The notes: generated by a model not told the origin, from the sequence alone. 63,185 bases of DNA, filler included, from Basidioascus undulatus (GCA_000826855.1; 8 parts of 8 records of this genome joined end to end with filler, not necessarily neighbours in it), one strand, 5' to 3'. Shown: positions 1 through 15,893, counted from the whole stretch's first letter. Numbers and translations are program-made.

Positions 1-2029
1 CCCACGCGTCTGTCCAGTCCTCCGCATCTTGTATTTTTTTCCTACCTGATTTCAGCTAGCATTGCCGTTGATACCCGCTTATTCTCTTCACTGCCTGAGG
101 TCGACCTAGCCGTAAGAATCGAACCATCGCATTCCGCATCGAACGGGTCTCCATCCAGCTCGCATGGGCGTGAGCCTCGATCTCTCCTTTCTCTCACACA
201 TCATCCCAGAAACGTGCAGGGGTTGATCAAGTGAGCCTTCAGCGTCTTGGAGACTCGAAGACAACCCCGCCGGCGGCAGGGACGTGACTGATGCGCGACG
301 CCCGCGTTCGAGAGGGTGGGGACGTCTGCTCAGAGGCTCCCTAAGCATGCAGCACGACGCCCGCTACAGCTGGCCGTGGTTCATAGTCGACCACGGCGGC
401 TGTGTAAGGGAGCGATCTCCCTGCCATGCGGGGAGCAGGGAGTCAGGGGGTATTGCTGTGCCGTCTGCGCTCCTACTCGTCCGTACCACAACCGTCTCTA
501 ATCGCCTCTTTTCGCGAATGCTCTGCTGGGATGGATTGGAAGCCTTACAGAGGGAGAGAAGAGGATGATGGAGGTCCAGAGCAAAGCTGTGCGCAGGCTG
601 TGGGTCAGTGAGGCGATCGGCGTTTCAGCGTTCCAATTTGCTTCCGCTCGCCGAAAACAGGCACCCTTTTATTATGATGAAACGGAATATTAATCAGAAT
701 ACATGTATAAGGGCAATGGCAGGAAATCTGCCATTTCTGTTACCGTACCAAAGGAAAAAGAGGGCAAAGAGGCCGACGACGGCCGGAAATAAGACGTCTC
801 CTAGTAGGGTGATCAGCGCCGCCCAGCCGAAGCCGTGCTGGAAAGTTCCCCGGAAAGTAGAACCTGAATATATCCCCCTAATCCAAGGCCTAAACCACAG
901 ACGTGCATGTAGGACAGCTTTCGTCGCTCGATGTGAGGGCCGGAGGCAGAACCGGGCTGCAGGTTTGCTTTCGGGCTTGTTCGTCGCAAGGGGAATTTGA
1001 ATCTTTCTCGCTGAAGAAAATTTTGTTTGGATGTCTGGCTTCTCTATGCTCTCGTAGAGATTGTACTCAGGATCAGCGGATGAGCAGGATATTACTGAGG
1101 AGCAACGAAGACAGCACGCCAGCTGCAGGTCTGCACCTTCCTTTGAGCTCCCCTTTCCTGAGAAAAAAAGGTCTTTGCGACTGACCTTCAATACTGCCTC
1201 TATTGTAATAAAAAAAGGGATATCTTCACCAACCAACAGAAACCACTGAAGACGATAAAGAAGTAAAGGCACCGACCGCTTTTCAGTGCGTTGCTGCAAG
1301 TGCAGTTCTTGCATATGCACGTGGACAACGACGGCTGAGCCGAATCTTTGATTATCAATGAGTTCAGTCCCAAATATGGCAGGTGGATGGCGGTGTCACA
1401 TGTCGGAGTTATCGTCGAAAGAAAGACAGTGCAGAGGTACCGCGAAGTCAGGGGCGATATAGCGGTGACCTTCCGGTCCAGGCGACGGTAGAGCCGGCAA
1501 CATGCTCGATGTCGATGTCCGAGAGCGGCAGAGGCGCAGAGTCGACGTGAGTGAGTCGGGCGGAAGGCGCGTATGCGGAGGCCGGAGGAGAGGCATAGGA
1601 GACTGGCGGCGACGCAGGAAAGCGGGACACGCTTGTATGTCTGGCCAGCGACGAACGGCGTAGGTGCGAAGAAGTGCTTTGGCGAGGACACAGGAGCAAG
1701 AGCGGGAGCGAAAGTGGGAGCGAGAGGAGCCGGAGGAGACGAGTTGCTACATATTTAAATTGGATTAGGAAACGCAGTAGACCCGAATTATAGGACTGAA
1801 TTCTGCTAAAGGTCTCGTCTAGTCGTCCAGCTTCAGCAACAGTGGAGCCAGGGCCGCCCCTCTGTGGTCTTGACGGTGGAGAGAGTCGTCTGGGTAAGCT
1901 GTTTGAAGTTCAATGAGCCTGTATACTTCGCTTTGTTGCTCTTCGTAAATTGCTGAAGGCTGCACAATTGTCTGAAAGTTACTTGGATCTTCCCACTGTG
2001 ATGATTATACATATATTAAATCGGCCAGT

Positions 2030-2127
2030 GGCCTGATGGTCTAGTCGTATGATTTTCCCTTCGGGTTACACCGGTGCTTCGGCACTCCATTTGGGAGAGG
2101 TCCCGGGTTCAATTCCCGGTCAGGCCC
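2030..2127 (+). tRNA. tRNA-Pro(CGG) with 26-nt intron (2066-2091)
   Basis: Acceptor stem GGCCTGA/TCAGGCC, A box TGGTCTAGT, anticodon CGG at 2062-2064, intron after position 37, T arm CCGGG-TTCAATT-CCCGG, TTTT terminator directly downstream, TATA-like ATATATTAAA upstream. Confidence 0.93.
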
Positions 2128-3459
2128 TTTTAGACGTATTTTGCTGCTCAGTCTATCTCCTCCGGGACACGAGCAATGGTTACAGTTCGTATACCTGACC
2201 TCTTGATCTCTTAGCTGGTGGATCTCTTAGCTGGTGGTCCGTCCCCCTTCCGACGTCATCAATGCTGCGCCCAAGCAAATACAAGTTCTCAAGATGACTT
2301 GATAGCGTTGTGTGGAGCCCTCGCCAATGAAAGAGGTCAAGGGCCACGCAGTCTACAAACACTGTCAAATTGGGTGTGGCTCGATGCGTGCTGTTGATTG
2401 CCTGAACTTTTGCCCACAGCGCCATTCTCAAGATCACCTTGACCTCATCTTACGTACAAGCTTGAGCATATACAGTGTTGGAAGAAGGCAGGATGGGGCG
2501 CAGACACACAGTAAACTGTTGAAGCACCACAACGACGCAGTCAGCACTAACTCAAATGAACTACAGCTAGTTTCTGTAAAATACCCCAGCGGCAACGAAA
2601 CGGGTACGTCCTCCGCCATCCGACCGCGAACCAGTCGGCGCGTTCTGCCCTAGGCCTAAGAGTTGAGCTGCTTCAACATTATCTTTTTCAGTGGACGTCG
2701 ATGTCGAAGAGCATGACGCCCGATACTCCGGGAGCTCCGCGCTCGCTTTCGCCTACCCCTCCCATCTCACCGCTATCAAATGCGCGTCGGTGAAGACTGG
2801 GCATGAAATAATCAAATTGAGAACTGCATGAGACTGCATGTCCTGTCGCAGTGTGGTGTGCGAGCTCATTGAACTGGCGAGTGCCAAATCGCCTGCGGAA
2901 TCATTCACATGTTTTGCAGCTGCTCCAAACCCAAGTTCAGTACCGGTAGGCAGCTCCTAGCTTCGGATGAACAAGATAGGCCTGATACCGGTCAGTATCT
3001 CCAGACATCGTTAGTTCTATCGGACATCCATAAGTTAGTTTGCTTGTTTCGAGGGCTTGTAGGTGCCGCTGCAGCTTGTCTAGACAGTATACCCCTGATA
3101 ATAACCGCTTTATCAAGAGGTAGGCGCATCAGCGCGGACAAGCTACCCAACGCTTCCCCGCTTTTTGAGACGGCGGAAGATAGCTGTCTGCCGTCTAACT
3201 CCTGCCCAATTTTGTGCATCAAGCCGTTGGAGCCGCTTCGCGATAGTTATTTCTCCTATGCGCAGAGGCCGACGGTACTGTGCTGGACTTTTGACTTTTG
3301 ACTGCAAAAACGTCCTCTAAGGTTGCATTGAGCAGACGTCTGATTGCGCTAATCCGCCGACCTCTTGTCTCAGCGGAATAAACTTCCTTGCCATCCAGCT
3401 GCATGGCAGAAGGGAACCACCGTCACCGTCGGGGCCTGGAAAATAAAAGTTAAAAAGTA

Positions 3460-3531
3460 TTCCTCCTAGCCGACTTGAACGACTGACCTCGTCATTACTA
3501 GTGACGCGCTCTACCACTGAGCTAAGGAGGA
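3460..3531 (-). tRNA. tRNA-Thr(AGT), intronless
   Basis: Reverse complement TCCTCCT-TAGCTCAGTGGTAGAGCG-CGTCA-CTAGTAA-TGACG-AGGTC-AGTCG-TTCAAGT-CGGCT-AGGAGGA-A folds as a cloverleaf; a T-run follows. Confidence 0.95.
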
Positions 3532-3988
3532 AGATATAAACCCTTTCAAGCCTAAATACAGTATCCAATAGGGCCGTGCCGCAAACAATCAGCTTCGAAC
3601 GCCCCGTCACAAGGTCCAGAAAGCATCGAAATGATCGGGGATAAGCGCTTCATCGGTCCGTATGCAAAGAAAGCATTCACAAATCAACTGATAGACAGGC
3701 GCAGGGCAGTCGCAGTCGAACGCCCACCGTTGCAGTGTGCTCCGCGAGTCGTCACGACTTGTCAAATCGAACCAGACCGCCTCGTCGATCCATCCTCAGA
3801 CTGCGGTTGGCACATCTCTTCCCCTACTTTCCCAGCCCAATGAACACATCCGCAGCCCACACACCGGTCTCGCTTCATGTTCGTTCTCGCTTCAAGTTGT
3901 CAATGCCAAGGGGGAAGAAGAAATAGAGTACAAAGAGGAAATGAACGCGTATGCAGCAGCCCGTCCGCCATCAAATCCCCCCCACCCA

Positions 3989-6754
3989 TTATGCCGTCGC
4001 CCGAGCCGCAGCCGTCTCTTCCGCGTCCTCGCCCCGGACGAACGACTTCACACACGCCGCCATCGTGACCGACCTGTTGCGCCACCCAACCCGAGACGTC
4101 AGCAGCACGTCCCGCGCATGGGAGAAACGACGAGAGGAGTGAGGGAAAAGGGAATGGGCAAGAAGACGCACGCCCGGGAGATGGGGTCGGTCTGGTAGAA
4201 GATCTCGATCGGCTTCTTGAACGCCGTGCCGCTGACACTCTTGCCCTGGGAGGCGAGCTGCGCGAGGCCGAGGCCGGTGGAGAGGGTGGAGGGCGTCTCG
4301 GTCGTGTCGTAGCGGACGACGGAGGGCGCGATCTCCCAGAGACGGTCACGGACGCCGATCACGTCCTCGTACGGCAGGGTCTCGCCGACGACCTCCGAGA
4401 GCGCACTGCGAGCCCGCCGCAAGTAAGTGTCAGACATCATGCGATGTGGATATGCGGGCGCAGACGCACCGGATGATCTTCCAGTCCTCGCGGGACGCGC
4501 CGGGAGGGGGAACCGCCGCACGGCCGAGCTGGGCGCGGCCCTCGGTGTTGACCCACGTGACGCCCTTCTCGGTGTACGCAGCACCGGGCAGGACGACGTC
4601 GGCGAACTGCGCGCCGAAGTCACCGTGGTGGCCCTGGTAGACGACGAAGGCGTCGTGGGGGATGGAGGCAGCGTCGAAGTCGTCGGCGTTGAGGAGGTAG
4701 ACGAACTTGGGGGTCGCCTTGGCAGCGTCCGCGGAGGGGACGAAGCCGAGATCGTAGGCAGCGGAGCGGGAGGCGTTCTGTATAAGTATCGGGAGTGAGC
4801 GGGAGGGGCCGAAACGCAAAGGGCGGCAGTCCCAGACTCACGCGTTGCAGGGTGGCGAAGCCGTTCCACTCCGGGGTGATGAAGCGGTCCTTGTTGGACT
4901 CGACGTACCGCGCGAGGGCGGCGTAGACGGCCTCGCCGTCCTGGTGCTCAGCGACCGCAGAGCCGACGACGATGAGCGGCTTCTTGGCGTTCTTGAACTG
5001 CTCCGCGAACTTGCCCTTGCCCTGGGTGAAGTCGAGGACGGCCTGGGCGTCGGTGCCGAGGTGCGCGTATTCGTACGTGGTCTCGACCTGCTCGCCAATG
5101 AGGCCGATCTCCACGCCGTTGTGGAGGTAGCTCTTGCGCAGGCGGGTGTTGACAATCGACGCCTCGTGGCGCGGGTTGGTGCCGATAAGGAGCACGAAGT
5201 CGGCCTCCTCGACGCCGGGGATGGTCGAGTTGAAGAGGTAGTTCGAGCGGTGGTCGACGCCGGTCACGGGCGGGGCGTTGCCGCGCGGGGTCTCGAGCGC
5301 AGTGTTGTCTGAGCCGAGGCGGTTGACGAGGTCCTTGAGCGCGACGAGCGACTCGGTGTCGGCGAGCGCACCGGCGATCGCCTGGATCTCGTCGCCCTTG
5401 GCGCCGGACTTGGCAAGGCCGTCGGCAATGGTGTTGAGCGCGTCGGGCCACGACGCCGCCTGGAAGCGGTCGCCGACGCGGACGAGCGGGGTCGTCAGGC
5501 GCTGGAACTTGAGGCCGTCGTACGCGTAGCGGGTCTTGTCGTTGATCCACTCCTCGTTGACATCATCGTTGACGCGCGGGAGGACGCGCATGACCTCGAC
5601 GCCACGCGAGTCGATGCGGATGTTGGAGCCGACGGCGTCGAGGGCGTCGACGGACTCGGTGACTTTGAGCTCCCATGGGCGGGCCTGGAACGCGTACGGC
5701 TTGGACGTGAGGGCGCCGACGGGGCAGAGGTCGACAATGTTGCCGCTCATCTCCGAGTCGAGCGTCTTCTGCACGTATGTCCCGATCTCCATGTCGTTGC
5801 CGCGCCCCGTCGTGCCCAGCTCCTCAACGCCCGCGACCTCGTTCGCGAAGCGGACGCAGCGCGTGCACTGAATGCACCGATTCATCGACGTCTTGACGAG
5901 CGGGCCGAAGTTCTTGTTCTCGACAGCGCGCTTGCCCGTGACCTCGTGGAAGCGCGACCGGTCCGAGCCGTAGCGCATCGACTGGTCCTGCAGGTCGCAC
6001 TCGCCACCCTGGTCGCAGATGGGGCAGTCGAGAGGGTGGTTCGCCAGCAAGAACTCCATCACACCCTCCCGCGCCTTTTTGACCAACTGTGTTTGCGAAC
6101 GAGGTGAGAATGTGTGCGATGGAGAGAAACAGGCGAGTGATGGGGCGCACAGGCGTGTCGGTGAACACCTTGGAACCGGGCATTGCGGGCATCGCGCAAG
6201 ACGCAACCGGCTTCGGTGACCGCTCAACCTCCACAAGACACATACTGCGTCGTACCAAGCATAAGCATCTATCCCTTTGCACCGTTTCCCGACCCTTTGC
6301 CAGCTTGGGATGCTCCACTCACCGGCAGTTTCCTGCGATCGCCAGCCTACACAGAATCATCCAACCCAGCTACGTTAGCCAAGCATCCAGATGCCCCTTG
6401 AGTTGAAGCGAATGCTTGCCTGTCGTGATAGCAGAACCTGTTCGAGCAGCAGAGTTCAGTCTGATGCTCGGCCCCTGAGACCAACTGAGGACGAACCTGG
6501 GGACGGTTGCGCCAGCAATCTCGCAAGCCTGGATCAAAGCGGTGCCTTGGGGCACAGAGACCTATCGCTCCGCATCCGTCAACGCCCATCCTTCAATCCA
6601 TGGCTTCCCAAGACGGAAGACTCGCCTCCTTGCCGTCGATGGTGAGGGAGATCATCTGGACCTGCTCGCTGAAGCGAGGGGCCGAGGTGGAGAGCGCCCG
6701 CGCCGCCGGCGCGATGCGGGATGTGGACGCGCGGGGGAGAGCGAGGCGGAGCAT
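3989..6754 (-). CDS. NDUFS1: NADH:ubiquinone oxidoreductase 75-kDa Fe-S subunit (complex I), multi-exon, with mitochondrial presequence
   Basis: Spliced motifs [92 protein letters not shown]; Arg/Ser/Ala-rich N-terminus [24 protein letters not shown]. Confidence 0.98.
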
Positions 6755-8677
6755 GGCCGGGGTATTGTGGATGAAGTCGGCTGGGAGAAGTAAGGTGGGG
6801 CAGCTGGAGGAGAGAAGACCGAGCGTGAGCTGCCGGTCACAGAGCCCAGGGCTGAATAGTATAGTGAGCACTGACAGCCCTTTCTATGCCTGTCCGGGGA
6901 TGAGAATGCGGGCGTCAGAGAGTGTAAAGCGTAAAACAACGGTCACGGCGCGACGAACGGCAAAGTCGCTGATGGTGATGAGCTCAAGGATGGGGCGGAC
7001 GTGGATCAGAGCCGGCTGTCCGCCTTGATTTACCTAAGCAGCGTCCCAAAGGCCAATCAACGCCGACCTTTCAAGCTCGCTTTCGCTGCATCTTGTACGG
7101 CAGTACGACTGGCTTGCATGGTTAGTAAGGCATGGCTTGCATGTCATGTAAGCTGAAAAATTGTACTAAATCATAAGCGTGTAGGTAAGATTGAAGGGGA
7201 GACCGTACTCGAAGGCTTGAGAGAAAGGCAGACGTTCGGCTTGCATGCAATGTTTCGTGTTGGCATTGCTTGCGACCGTGAGGCCAAAGGTGTGTCAGAG
7301 ACATAACAGATTTTTAGAGCAAGCTGTACTAAGCAAACCCTTCATTGAGAGAGGTGCCCGAGGCTACGAGGTCTGAAGAGCTTCGGCCTACTCTAAGCTG
7401 ACTACTCGCGGGCGAGTCGGTGGATTCCTTCTCCAGTGGTATCCTGCAAGTTGAAAGGTTCCCATTCTCTTAAAGTTCGGTTCATCTTCAGTTTCAACAC
7501 GCTACTGCTAAGGATCTAACGGTGGGTAGCAGTGCAGGTACGGATCCTCAACGGACAGCATACGTTCCCCGTCAGTTCTACATTGCACTGAGAGCACAAC
7601 GCACGCATGTATACACAGGTTCTACTGTCTGCTGTATCCTGCTCTTCTCCACCTGGCCAGGGTATGACTTCTGCCATTCTCGTCATGCAGTCCGTCGCCT
7701 TTTCACATTTGCAAAACGCATGGATACCACAGCTCAGCTTTGGGTAATGGCTGTTGGTCTGGATCATGCCTTTGCTTGGGTTGAATAAGCATTTTCGTGG
7801 GCATACAAACGGAACACTCCGCGCTGCCGGTCCAGAGGCGATGTCTGTCAGAACGCCTCCGCTCCACGATCCGGCTTACTCGCTTAGAGACGAGAGCTGC
7901 TGTTGAAATACGAGTCAATTAAATGGCTGGAGGACCATTTCATGGGTCAGGGCTTTCAAAGATGGAGATCGGTCGGGAGTCTGAACGGATAGTTCGCAGG
8001 TTTAGCCAACGGCACCAGTCAGCGGGTCAGGGCCGCCTGTATTCATCGAGTCCGTGCTGAGTATGAATACCTGGTAGGTACTCACGGCCAGAACATTGCG
8101 GTGAAGGAATGAAGAGTAGACGTCAGACATATACATGTGGAAATGACTCAATGAGTCACCATCGTTTTTTCATGTTGAGTTCAAAGCACTACAGCGAGTG
8201 CGCGTTCTGAGATGCATGAGGTGTAAAGAATGGACCGATTTTGGGAATTCTTTTAAGTAAACCTTGAATGCAAGGTCGATCTGATATTCTCACTTCTTGT
8301 GTACACCTTGCAGCCGTCCACAACGAAAAACCTGGCGAGTTTCCGTGTACTCTTCACCATTGCGCTGGTACTCTTCCAGCAGCCTGGGTCCGGATCACTC
8401 CCGTTGAAAGCTTCGTGTGTTTATTCCCACAGGATCATGCTCCGCACTCTTAACACAGACGACATGCGGTCGTGTGTATGCCATTCGCAGGGCACGATGT
8501 GCCACTATCTGGGCATTCCTTCCAGTAATCAGAATGCTAGCAAGCTCAATCACTTTGATCACGAATGTGTGAAACCTTGCAGGGTGGTATCAATCGTCAT
8601 GTTTGTGACTCAGTTCTTGTACAACAATCCGAATGCAAGAGGTGTAAAAACCAAAAACCAGAAAAGGCAAGCAGCCA

Positions 8678-11112
<2,435 letters not shown>

Positions 11113-12526
11113 GCTGAATAGAGGGCGGGGGAGGGCTTGGGTTCGTAGTTGGTGTAGAGCGGGAGGGCAAGCAGCTGACTGAGGTAGAGAAATGGGAGTA
11201 ATGCTGACTCCTTGTTGGAGAGCTGGTTTATGTACCGCGGCTCCCCCGTGCAACAAATGCACCTCTCATTCGCGTCGATGCCACTGGCCAGGAACACACC
11301 GCAAAGACAACTCCCGTCGGGCATCGGCCCCACTGGGGTACCCGCATGGGTTCCCATAGGGGTGACTGAGAAAGGAGCACTGAACCATCTCCAGAATAAT
11401 GCAGTCAGCTGAGCAGCGGCCGAGGCGTTTCGTCCACGAGAATGCCTCGCAGTGGAAGCGTTGCATGAGGTGTGTGAGAAACTCCGACTGTCCGTGGACG
11501 CCCGGGAGAACAGCGGATCGCGGACTTTGACTGGAGATCCAGACGTAAATTCCAACGGATCCTGGTCGCGTGGGCTAGAAAATACTGTCAGAAAATGTGC
11601 AAAGGTGGGTTGACAGTGAAAAAGAAGACGCCAAGGCGTTCGGGGAACTGAATTCACGTCAACTCGTAGGACGGGGCGCACTGTTCCGCCTCCGTCCGGC
11701 CTCGCCCCTCTTCCTTGACAGTGCGCCTCCAGCTCTGTTTTCGTTCCCTCAACAGCAGCTCACCACATGGCTCACCACATGCTTTCGCGCCATCAGCTGC
11801 ACTTTGGGAGATACTCCCGTGCTCACGTCTTTGTTCCCAGAAACTCAATCCCCGCGGTGCCCCTCTGTCCTGTCGTCCGGGGCCTGTCGATCGTTTCGTG
11901 GCATGTTCTCAACTGCCGTCTTCTCCTTGCCCATGCCACTCATACCTCCCGTGGTGTCAAAGAGGAGATGCTGCATAGCCCATCATGCATCCCATAAATG
12001 ATCATGTGCTCAACTCTCATGGGCTCGAGACACTGTTCGAGAGCGCGACGTTCAGGCTCATCTCGCTTGCATGTGTCAAAAAAGTGCTCCGACAAACGCC
12101 TCACATAATTTCTTTTCTGTTCAAGAGCTCGCCATGGCCGCCGGATGACTGCGCCGGCGTTCGCAAACTGAACTGTGTCCAGCCGTGGACAGGTGTTCTT
12201 CCGAGGAAACCTCCCCAATGTAGCACGGTCGGCTGACCTATCCTCCTGCTCGTCGCACATGATGGCGGACCACACCTTCTTTCACACGACGCCGGGCTCT
12301 TCGACGCCGGAGAAGGTGGAATCCGGGAGCGATGTCGGAGCAAGCGTGGGCGCAGGGGGGACAGGAGCAGGCAGGAGGAGGAGACGGAGGCGGCGCATGC
12401 ATACAGCTTTTACGGAAAAAGACCATCGTTGGCGGTTTAAAAGAGCTCACCAAACGCCTCTTGAGCTCTAATTCCCCATCCACCCCCACTTCATTCCTCT
12501 CGTTTTCCACCTCAGCCCGACCCACG

Positions 12527-14878
12527 ATGTCTCCCCCGACCGACGAGAAGTCTTCTGGCAACGTTCGCCATGCGGGCACCGAGTCCATCCTTGTCCCCGT
12601 TTCCGTTCAAGGCACCGTCCTCGAGCATGCGCCTGTTCCCGCTGCTCAAACCGCTTCTCGCCAAGCTGCCTATCAACCCGTAGCCCACCCCGACTACTCA
12701 CTTTCGCGTCCCCATGCGGGTGAGTCAAGAACTCCAAATCTTTACTTCTGGGATTTCTCTTGAAATTCGGTACATCTCCGCTCTCAGATACCACCCTTAA
12801 TGCCACTCTCAACCCGCCGCCTGCCGTTCCTCTTCCCACTGCTTCCACGCCCACTGCCACCGCCACCAGTGCCGCTCCTGAGCCTACGCTTGACGATGTC
12901 TGCGCTATGGGTATGAACGGCAAGTGGTCCAAGGTCTGTAAGCTCAAGTCGGCTGTCGACGAGCTCGGGGAGGGCCTCGAGTTCTACCAGGGTCCCCTTC
13001 CGCCCAACCTTCCCAGCGGTACGGATGGCGGTGAGACGTATTTCTCGTTGGATGTGTGGTGTTACTCTTGTAAAGGTGCTGAGTCCTTTTCATTCCCCAC
13101 CTCCAGTCCGCTATGTTCTCGTTTCGCGCGATGTGATCCAAAACCTGCGCGCCGAGCCGTCCTCGCCTGCGACCGAGAAGTCTGAAATCGACGCAGTGCT
13201 CGTGCTCACGAAGGACGGCATCACCAGCGCGTCCGACGAGAAGCCCGCCGTACAACATGTCGAGTTCGCCGGCAAGAAGGGGGAGGCGCTCGCCCTCGAT
13301 GGCATTCCGCTGTCTGAGGTCGGAGCGATGCTCGCTGAGTCGTCGACGCCGGCAGTCATTTTCCCTAACCGTTACGCAAAGTTCAGACGTGAGTCTTTCT
13401 GTTTCTGTCTGTTCTATTCTGTTTATCCTTTGCAGAGCGTGAGGCTGAAGTGGGTATCCAACGCAGACACGTTGCGGGAGCCCTTCGCAGAGTTCCTGGG
13501 CACCATGATCATGATCATGGTAAGTTCCTTTCGTGCTTTTCGTCGAGGTGGACGTGCAAACCTGACAGAAAACTTTAGTTTGGAAACGGCGTCAATTGCC
13601 AGGTGCGTCTATAAGTTGTAGAATCAAAATATATCCAGTCCAGCAGTTTACCTGGGTCGCTGGGCAGGTCATTCTCTCTGGCAACACCGACGTCGCCGGT
13701 ATGCAGAATGGATCGTACCTCTCCATCTCTTGGGGTTGGGGTGTACGTTCCTTTTATTCTCTTAAATATATCCCAGGATTACCTCTAAGTCAAACCCCCT
13801 CCACTTGCTGCCAGATCGGTGTCGCCTGTGCCATCTGGGTTTCCGGCGGCGTGAGTTCTTCCTGATGCATACAAACCCGCCAGCTGTAGGCTCGATCTGA
13901 CCCGCTCCACCTTCAGATTTCTGGTGGCCATCTCAACCCAGGTCAGTTTGCCATAATGGACTGTAAGCCGGCGCATGTCTAACACCTTTTACCGCAGCCG
14001 TTACGCTCGCTTTGGCCACTTTCCGCGGCTTCCCCTGGAAGAAGGTTCCCTGCTTCATTGTCGCCCAGATTCTCGGATGTATGTGCGGCGCTGCTCTCGT
14101 TTACGGAAACTATATCCATGCTCTCAGTTGCGTTCCTCCCACTTGCTCCCCACCGCTCTTCGTCTTCGCTGACAGCGGTGTGCTACACAGACATCTTCGA
14201 CCCCGGCCGCACCAAGACCGCAGGCCTTTTTCACACCGCCGCCTCTTCATACATGACCGGCGGGTCCGCATTCTTGAATGAGTTTTTGGCCACGGCGATT
14301 CTCCTTTGGTGCGTGCCCTCACGGTGTCCTGTCTCTCTTCGAAGACGTCCCAGCTCACCGTGGACTCCGGTTTCAGCGTTATCTGCGCTCTGGGTGATCC
14401 CAACAACACTGCGCCCCCGGCCGGCATGGCACCGTTTGCCATCTTGTTCCTCATCGTTGGTATCGGCGCGTCGTGGGGTATGCAGACGGCCTATGCGCTC
14501 AACCCCGTGCGTCCCATTCTTTCTGACATCCAGTTCTGAGACTTTCTTCTCACCCGGTACATTTCTTCCCTCAGGCTCGCGACATCGGCCCGCGTCTAAT
14601 GACGCTTTTTGCGGGATACGGCAAGGGCGAGTTTACCGGCTGGGACGCGTACTGGCTCTGGTTCGTGCACCTCTTACTCAACCCGCTTGACCGCTCTCCT
14701 TGCTAATCGTCTCCACCACACCAGGTGCCCGACCTTGGGACCTATCTTCGGTGCCCTGTTCGGTTGCTTCATGTACGACACCCTGATCTACACCGGTGCC
14801 GAGAGCCCGATCAACAAGTCGATCCCCTTCAACGCCTGGCGGCGCCGCGAGAGGAAGCAGTCGGCGCTCATGGTCTGA
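12527..14878 (+). CDS. aquaglyceroporin (MIP family, GlpF/Fps1-like), multi-exon with long N-terminal extension
   Basis: LREPFAEFLGTMIMI, GSYLSISWGWG, ISGGHLNPAVTL (first NPA), FRGFPWKKVP, GMQTAYALNPARDIGPR (second NPA followed by RD, aquaglyceroporin-type), GPIFGALFGCFMYD, ESPIN. Start codon is a best estimate. Confidence 0.94.
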
Positions 14879-15893
14879 GCCCAACCCGGTTTCATTCTTT
14901 ACTCTTTGACGGAGATTTTCTTTGTTTATCGGGCTGTACTGGACTGTACTGGACTTCCATGTTGCTTTCCTTTAATCTCCGATATGTTTGTTGTCTGTAT
15001 CATTGATTCAACAACACCTACAATTACAAAAACATCTTCGGTGTGCAATATCAGCTGTCTTGAAAGCGGCATTGCAGTGAGTTGGGCCTCAGAACACTTT
15101 GCAGAGAACCCGCTGAGCTCGCATCTGCTTTCACTGACAGACAACTCGTAAGGACTTGCACTGCATTCATCGCCACTTCGCTTCCGAAATGAAGGTTCTG
15201 ATTTGAAGTGGTTAAATTTCCATGTTTTGATCGATACCATTCCAGCGGCATCATCAGGTCCAACTGTGTGTCGTGAATATTCGGCACTGGGACCTGCCGA
15301 ACACGCGAACACCGAACACCGAACAGCCCTCGCTCCGACCTCTCACCGGTTTGCGTCTGAGTCAAAATGCTTGATATCAGGCACATTCGCACAGACAAAA
15401 TTTACAATAGATATTTCGATGCGGTGACAGAAAATGGGGTCTAGACAATGCGAGGTGTGAAAGAGTTGGCATATAGGGAACCAAGCCTAGCGAGGGTGAG
15501 GAGGGTGGACAAAACAAGGCCAGAGGGGCAATCCGGAAGCCTAGGGGACGTCAGAGCGGTCAAATGTCGGATAATAGAGTCGAGGACAAGAACGAGGTGG
15601 TTCGACTTGCGCAGCAACTTCCACGTTCTCGGCGGCTCGGCGGTTCGCATGGTTGAGGTCGCGGTACGCCTGATAGAGGTCCTTCTGGAGGAGCGTGTTC
15701 TAATCCAGCTGGGCAATTGGCGCCCTTTCTTTACTGACTCATCAGGCGTTAGCGCTACTTGTGGAACGGTAATGGAGGGAGAGGGCTTAGCGTGCTTCGT
15801 GTCATTACTCGCGATGCAGGACGCGCCCTGTTGGGCGCCCCTACTTTGGGGGTGGTGTTGTGAGGGGGTGCACAGCTGGGGGGTGGTGCGAGC

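Noticed and set aside
694..1691. Minus-strand ORFs with a hydrophobic stretch and Cys clusters, possibly a transposase or membrane-protein remnant
   Set aside because: No recognisable motif or consistent exon structure.
4099..6406. Many long overlapping ORFs antisense or out of frame to NDUFS1 (likewise over the acyltransferase, GH5 and Munc13-like genes)
   Set aside because: Shadow ORFs caused by high GC3 codon bias.
7516..7767. Cys-rich 83-aa ORF between NDUFS1 and glycerol kinase
   Set aside because: The Cys spacing matches no zinc-finger class I can name and coding bias is weak.
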